Source of the DNA: Octopus bimaculoides
Taxonomy: Eukaryota
Assembly (NCBI RefSeq): GCF_001194135.2
Contig: NC_068982.1
Span: 46,451,098-46,484,299, forward strand
Direction: 5' to 3'
DNA: 33,202 bases
Made by a program: the position numbers and the translations under genes. This document shows, in pieces, positions 33,016-33,202 of the stretch. The notes under the pieces were generated by a model. That model did not search any database, was not told the origin of the DNA, and saw only the letters and a list, made by a program, of their open reading frames with translations. How positions within the stretch are numbered: position 1 is the stretch's first letter; each line of letters begins with the position of its first letter.

Positions 33016-33202
33016 GTAATCCCATGAACCGGCTTTCCCCATTTTTAATATGTATATATATATTGAAAAGGTTGCAAGACGCAACAAAAAAACTGTAGGA
33101 AAAATAAATAAGTAAATCAGTGGAAACTTTACCGGTGTGTGTGTTAAATAAGGTATTAAAAGACTCTCCCCAGACACAGCAATATATATATATATATATA
33201 TA

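Noticed and set aside
32857-33177. 106-aa minus-strand ORF
   Set aside because: It is in exact antisense register with the lectin-like frame and partly runs through (TA)n; no recognisable protein.

Overview
AT-rich, gappy eukaryotic scaffold segment with 8 N-gaps (about 3.6 kb), most bordered by microsatellites. The microsatellite load and the SINE families point to an octopus genome (inference from my recall of cephalopod repeats, not a database hit). Most of the window is decayed transposon sequence: three recurring tRNA-headed SINE families (A: Meta-like core; B: CORE-like; C: internal microsatellite), two internally deleted Tc1/mariner elements, two RTE/BovB-like LINE pieces, a CR1/Jockey-like endonuclease relic, an R4/Dong-like RT fragment and a Helentron-like non-autonomous element. 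I found no intact CDS, RNA gene or CRISPR array, and the long ORFs in the track are N-gap or microsatellite artefacts. The best gene signal is a set of phase-compatible plus-strand exon candidates (25776-26033, 32726-32769, 32861-33015) that read as a PAN/Apple-like module plus a C-type-lectin-like domain. They carry a TAG just before a donor and a 5-nt duplication, so a pseudogene is likelier than an active gene. Other structure worth checking: SINEs stacked at self-regenerated target sites (two loci), a Dong-like element abutting (TAA)17, a 54-nt near-perfect hairpin and a 42-bp perfect palindrome. I cannot support a claim of a new biological system.
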